A stretch of DNA of 20,569 nucleotides from Conexivisphaerales archaeon (GTDB taxonomy: Archaea > Thermoproteota > Nitrososphaeria > Conexivisphaerales > DTJL01): positions 1 to 20,569 of the forward strand of contig JBEKZX010000027.1 of assembly GCA_049509455.1 (NCBI GenBank). Reading direction: 5' to 3'. Shown piece by piece: positions 16,693 to 20,569 of the stretch. The notes below the pieces were generated by a model. It did no database searches and was not told the origin of the DNA. It saw only the letters and a program-made list of their open reading frames with translations. The translations under genes and the position numbers were made by a program. Positions within the stretch are counted from its first letter, which is position 1; each line of letters starts with the position of its first letter.

Positions 16693-18076
16693 GAGAAGCG
16701 GCGGAGTGGAATACTCGAAGGTCGCCGAGCTTAGAGGCCCCCTTCTGATCGTGGAAGGGGTCGGGCAGGTGTCATACGACGAACTCGTCGAAGTGGAGTT
16801 CGGCGGCTCCATGAGGCTGGGAAGGGTCCTCGAAGTTGGTGGAGGGAAGGCCGTCATCCAAGTCTTCGCCGGCACCTCCGGCATAGCCACGAGCGGCACG
16901 TCCGTGAAGTTCCTGGGCAAGCCCATGGAGATGTCGGTCTCGATGGAGCTTCTGGGCAGGGTCTTCGACGGGCTCGGAGCACCTCTGGACGGGCTACCGC
17001 CACCTCTGGGAGAGGAGTTCCGTGACGTCAACGGCTCGCCGATGAACCCTTTCATGAGGGACTACCCCACCGACTTTATTCAGACGGGCGTTTCGGTAAT
17101 CGACGGAATGCTTACCTTGGTCAGGGGACAGAAGCTCCCCATATTCTCCGGAGCAGGGATGCCCCATAACCTCCTCGCCGCCCAGATCGCGCGACAAGCG
17201 TCGGTCAAGGGTGGGGGCCAAGACTTTGCCGTCGTCTTCGCCGCAATCGGTGTGCAGAGCGACGAGGCATCGTTCTTCCGGAAAGCCCTGGAGGAGACGG
17301 GCGCCCTCAAGAGGAGCGTCCTCTTCCTAAACCTCGCCAACGACCCGGCCATCGAAAGAATAATCACGCCCAAGGTGGCCCTCACGGCCGCCGAGTACCT
17401 GGCGTTCACGGGCAACCTCCACGTCCTTGTCATACTCACCGACATGACCAACTACGCCGAGGCCCTCAGAGAAATCAGCGCGGCCCGAGAGGAGGTCCCA
17501 GGAAGGAAGGGCTACCCCGGCTACCTGTACACGGACCTTTCGACGATCTACGAGCGGGCCGGCAGGATCAAGGGCAGGACGGGCAGCATCACTCAGTTGC
17601 CAATACTCAGCATGCCCAGCGACGACATCACGCACCCTATCCCCGACCTCACCGGCTACATCACCGAAGGCCAGGTGGTCCTCGACAGGGAGCTCTTCCG
17701 GAAGGGCATCTATCCCCCCGTGCAGGTCCTCTCCAGTCTCAGCAGGCTCATGAAGGATGGCATCGGTGAAGGGAAGACGCGGCCCGATCATGCGGAGGTA
17801 AGCAACCAGATGTACGAATCATACTCCCGGGCGCAGGAGCTACGCGCGCTGGTGGGCATCGTCGGCAAGGCAGGGCTGTCGCCCGTCGACCTTCAGTACC
17901 TCGACTTCGGCGACTCGTTCGAGACGAAGTTCCTCAAGCAGAGCTACGACGAATTCAGGACCCTAGACGAAAGCATGGCCATCGCCTGGAACGAGGTCCT
18001 CTCCACCCTTCCCGAGCGCGAGCTCACCAAGATCAAGACGGACAACCTCGCGAAGTACTACAAGGAGAGGAAGTAG
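16682..18076 (+). CDS. atpB: A/V-type ATP synthase subunit B
   Basis: [45 protein letters not shown] and [18 protein letters not shown]. The TTG at 16682 is preferred (GGAG about 9 nt upstream) and overlaps the atpA end. Confidence 0.97.
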   Translation: MQPKRSGGVEYSKVAELRGPLLIVEGVGQVSYDELVEVEFGGSMRLGRVLEVGGGKAVIQVFAGTSGIATSGTSVKFLGKPMEMSVSMELLGRVFDGLGAPLDGLPPPLGEEFRDVNGSPMNPFMRDYPTDFIQTGVSVIDGMLTLVRGQKLPIFSGAGMPHNLLAAQIARQASVKGGGQDFAVVFAAIGVQSDEASFFRKALEETGALKRSVLFLNLANDPAIERIITPKVALTAAEYLAFTGNLHVLVILTDMTNYAEALREISAAREEVPGRKGYPGYLYTDLSTIYERAGRIKGRTGSITQLPILSMPSDDITHPIPDLTGYITEGQVVLDRELFRKGIYPPVQVLSSLSRLMKDGIGEGKTRPDHAEVSNQMYESYSRAQELRALVGIVGKAGLSPVDLQYLDFGDSFETKFLKQSYDEFRTLDESMAIAWNEVLSTLPERELTKIKTDNLAKYYKERK

Positions 18077-18082
18077 GGCCCG

Positions 18083-18718
18083 ATGTCCAGCCAGAAGATC
18101 CCACCCACGAAGCTGGAGCTCATCAGGCTGCGCCGCTCGCTGGTGGTCTCCCAGAAGATTCACAAGATCCTGGACGACAAGCGGGAAGTGCTCCTGAGGA
18201 AGCTCAACGAGTACATAGGGGAGGCGTCCAAGGCCAGCAGCAGCCTGAACGCCTCCGTCTCCAAGGGCTATGACTACCTCTACGAGGCATACCTGGAGAT
18301 GGGTTCCATGCGGCTGGAGGCAACTGCCATGTCGGCCCCACCGACGGCCGACGTCACGGTCAACGTAAAGAGGATCGTCGACGTGGACGTCCCCTCACTG
18401 CTCCTCAACTTCAAGGAGGTCCAGCGTCCGTACGGCTTCGAAGACACGCCGTACTCCCTGGACGAGGCCTTTTCGTTCCTTTCGACGCTCTTGCCCAGCA
18501 TCCTCAAGGCTGCCGAGATCGAGAACGTCATCTTCAGGCTGGTCAGCGAGATTGAGCGGACCCAGCGCACCATCAACGCTCTCGAGTTCATCATCATCCC
18601 CCAGTGCGAGGCCCAGATTAAGTTCATATCGTCGACTCTCGAGGAGCGCGACAGAGAGGAGTTTGTAAGGCTTAAGAGCGTCAAGCGTGTGCTGGAGAGT
18701 AGGAGGCAGGCCGGATGA
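18083..18718 (+). CDS. atpD: A/V-type ATP synthase subunit D
   Basis: PTK.ELI.L...L......HK.L..KR..L and EI..TQR..NALE..IIP...IK.I...LEER.REEF.RLK. Confidence 0.95.
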   Translation: MSSQKIPPTKLELIRLRRSLVVSQKIHKILDDKREVLLRKLNEYIGEASKASSSLNASVSKGYDYLYEAYLEMGSMRLEATAMSAPPTADVTVNVKRIVDVDVPSLLLNFKEVQRPYGFEDTPYSLDEAFSFLSTLLPSILKAAEIENVIFRLVSEIERTQRTINALEFIIIPQCEAQIKFISSTLEERDREEFVRLKSVKRVLESRRQAG

Positions 18719-18888
18719 GCTCAGAGGCCAACGCCACGGCGGAGGAGAGCAAGAAGGCGCAGGAGTTCCCGGCGTTCCTAGAAGCGAAAGAGGCGATCAG
18801 ATCGAAGGCTAAGGAGTTCGCCGCAGACGCCGAAAGTCAGCTCGCCGAACTGAAGAAGCGCACCGTCGAAAGTTTCGAAGGTCTATAG
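18715..18888 (+). CDS. 57-aa charged helical protein coupled to atpD, candidate small peripheral-stalk (G/H, epsilon-like) subunit
   Basis: Translated by hand: MSSEANATAEESKKAQEFPAFLEAKEAIRSKAKEFAADAESQLAELKKRTVESFEGL. ATGA overlaps the atpD stop, and GGAGG at 18702-18706 is 8 nt upstream. Below the ORF-track cutoff. Confidence 0.75.
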   Translation: MSSEANATAEESKKAQEFPAFLEAKEAIRSKAKEFAADAESQLAELKKRTVESFEGL

Positions 18889-19055
18889 AGCTTCGCAAGA
18901 TTCTCGCGCACTAGCTAATGTCACGGCATGGCGCCGCCTGAGTCCAGATTCTGAGCATGGCCCCCCAAGGGACTATCACTGGGATGGAATCAGTTCCCAT
19001 TTCAGGGCCTCCAAAGCACAGATTCATATAACCAAGGCCCCCACCGCGTCATGAG

Positions 19056-19430
19056 ATGCCTGGATTCGTCGTGCACGAGCATTGGGCTTCGCACCATCAC
19101 CTTGACTTCAGGCTCGAAATGGACGGCGTGCTTAAGTCGTGGGCCGTCCCAAAGGGAGTTCCGGTCGCCCCCGGGATCAAGCACCTCGCCGTGCAGGTCG
19201 ACGACCACAGTTTGGACTATGGGTCCTTCGAGGGCACCATCCCTGAGGGGCATTATGGCGCCGGGAAGGTCGAGATCTGGGACAGAGGCGAGTACACCCT
19301 TGACGAAAGGACTCCTTCACTGATCCGCTTTACCCTTCAGGGCACAAAGCTCCGGGGGGAGTACGCGCTGGTCCTAATGAGCGGAGGAAAGGGCCAGTGG
19401 CTCATCCTAAAGCGAGGGCCTGCCAATTAG
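19056..19430 (+). CDS. Stand-alone LigD-type 3'-phosphoesterase (PE) domain protein
   Basis: FVVHEH.A..HHLDFRLE.DGVLKSWAVPKG, LAVQVDDH.LDYGSFEG.IP.G.YGAG.V.IWD.G; CATATAA about 25 nt upstream. Confidence 0.93.
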   Translation: MPGFVVHEHWASHHHLDFRLEMDGVLKSWAVPKGVPVAPGIKHLAVQVDDHSLDYGSFEGTIPEGHYGAGKVEIWDRGEYTLDERTPSLIRFTLQGTKLRGEYALVLMSGGKGQWLILKRGPAN

Positions 19431-19528
19431 CTGTCTCCAATCATCTGGGGGCAAAGCCAATTAGCAGCCCCTCCGACAATGAAACTCCCACCTCCACTGC
19501 CCCGGTCAGCATCGGTCAGGGCACCTTG

Positions 19529-19568
19529 ATGATATTGATCCCTTTTTCAGCAGCAGTAGATGCTCAAG
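19529..19568 (+). repeat. 40-bp dispersed repeat, copy C
   Basis: Plus strand atgatattgatccctttttcagcagcagtagatgctcaag. Confidence 0.85.
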
Positions 19569-19939
19569 AGCGTTGTTTAGCAGCCATGCTTGTGCGCCCT
19601 GGTCAGACTCGTTTACTGTCTCAGATGAAGTCAGATCAAGTGCTAACGGGTGATACCATACCTCTGTCGCCGCGTTTAAATGTCGCCCACATGGGTAAAG
19701 ATGACTGACATGTTGAAGCAGATGCACACTTTCATCATCGGAGATTAAGAATCGAGCGTTTCACGTCACCGCCCGAGCATATGTATTTCATGCGTGGCCC
19801 CACCGCACCCCTAGCCATGTTTTCTGGGCCATGCCGCAATTTGAGGCCCTCGCCAATGCTGAAATTCTGTTTCGCGGATTGTGGGCGCAAAACTAACAAG
19901 GCCCCGCTTCCACTTGGGTGGGAGGGTGAAAGTGGAGGG

Positions 19940-20275
19940 TTGACGGCTGAAAACAAGCCGAAGGCGGCCGACCAGCCCTCGTGGTCGTCTCTTGGCGCGA
20001 GCCCAGCCGTCGCATCCGTGATGGCAGGCATCGCTGCGGTCATGTGGACCGAAGCAATCATCCGGTACGTGGCGGCCGGCAATTCTCTCCTGTACTGGAA
20101 CCTTATACTCCCAGAGAAGACCAGCGACGTCGTCGCGATTTGGCTGGCAGCGATCGTCGTCGGAGTGGTAGTCTTCGCAGCCTGCTCCGTTCTCTTCCGC
20201 AAGAGAAGGCGGGTCGGTTCAGTGAAGTTGTGGACGGCCATACTCCTGGTATCGGCGATTCTGCGGTATCTGTAA
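19940..20275 (+). CDS. Small membrane protein, hypothetical (about 3 TM helices)
   Basis: 111 aa from TTG 19940 with GGAGGGTGA 10 nt upstream. Hydrophobic helices are separated by an RKRRR loop. The upstream ORF extension to 19781 looks non-coding. Confidence 0.6.
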   Translation: MTAENKPKAADQPSWSSLGASPAVASVMAGIAAVMWTEAIIRYVAAGNSLLYWNLILPEKTSDVVAIWLAAIVVGVVVFAACSVLFRKRRRVGSVKLWTAILLVSAILRYL

Positions 20276-20569
20276 TTCTGCCTCGTTGTGGCGGACGGCT
20301 ATAGGGGCATGCATCCGCCAGATCTCCCTCGTTCAAGACGCGCACGCCGATACGCTGGCAAGGTACCCGGCGGACATGGAGGAGATCATGGGAGGAGCAG
20401 GCGACAAGCTGGAGAAGGAGGATGAGCATTGAGATCCATCGATTTTCACGGGAGATATCCAAAACTATCATGACCTCGCTCAGGCTAGAATCTGCCTCCA
20501 CGAAAGATCTCCAGAAACTTTAATTTCTCTGCAGAATGCAGTTATGCCTACCCCGTGACGTTAGACTAT

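Noticed and set aside
18939-18978. Third copy of the 264-304 repeat (tgagtccagattc and gggactatca)
   Set aside because: The two short matches are in swapped order and the invariant TGGTTCTTATCCT tail is missing.
7257-19568. 40-bp repeat as a conserved peptide or C/D sRNA
   Set aside because: The ATG frame varies at codon positions 1-2 and gives 14-59 aa unrelated tails. The opposite frame (L..LLLL.K.SI) has no common start. UGAUGA is present in only one copy and has no downstream CUGA.
20286-20435. Short frame containing LARYPAD (HEPN-like fragment)
   Set aside because: Only ~49 aa, no clear promoter or start, and a four-residue resemblance is insufficient.

Overview
High-GC archaeal window, mostly housekeeping and metabolic genes. 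An affiliation with the Nitrososphaerota/TACK group is inferred only from gene content and order. Left to right: a stand-alone Lrp/AsnC ligand-binding protein, tsr3, the RNase P RNA gene (hidden under three spurious ORFs), a glyoxylate-reductase-like dehydrogenase, iorAB, an AUR1/PAP2-family membrane enzyme, a SAM methyltransferase, a two-domain GNAT, divergent moaE and a ubiquitin-like MoaD/SAMP, ybjQ, a coupled gene pair whose large member has a tandem duplicated PH-like domain, a nitroreductase, an A-type ATP synthase operon with only soluble subunits (F-E-A-B-D plus a 57-aa ORF the ORF track missed), and a stand-alone LigD phosphoesterase. No CRISPR array, transposase or intein was found. 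The most unusual signals are non-coding. The main one is a 40-bp dispersed repeat in three copies, each downstream of a gene and in that gene's sense, differing only by transitions. Others are a 41-bp direct-repeat pair near the left end, a tRNA-like 68-mer between moaE and moaD, a fully folded 183-nt intergenic region, and a C/D-box-like element behind rnpB. All structures and alignments were done by eye.
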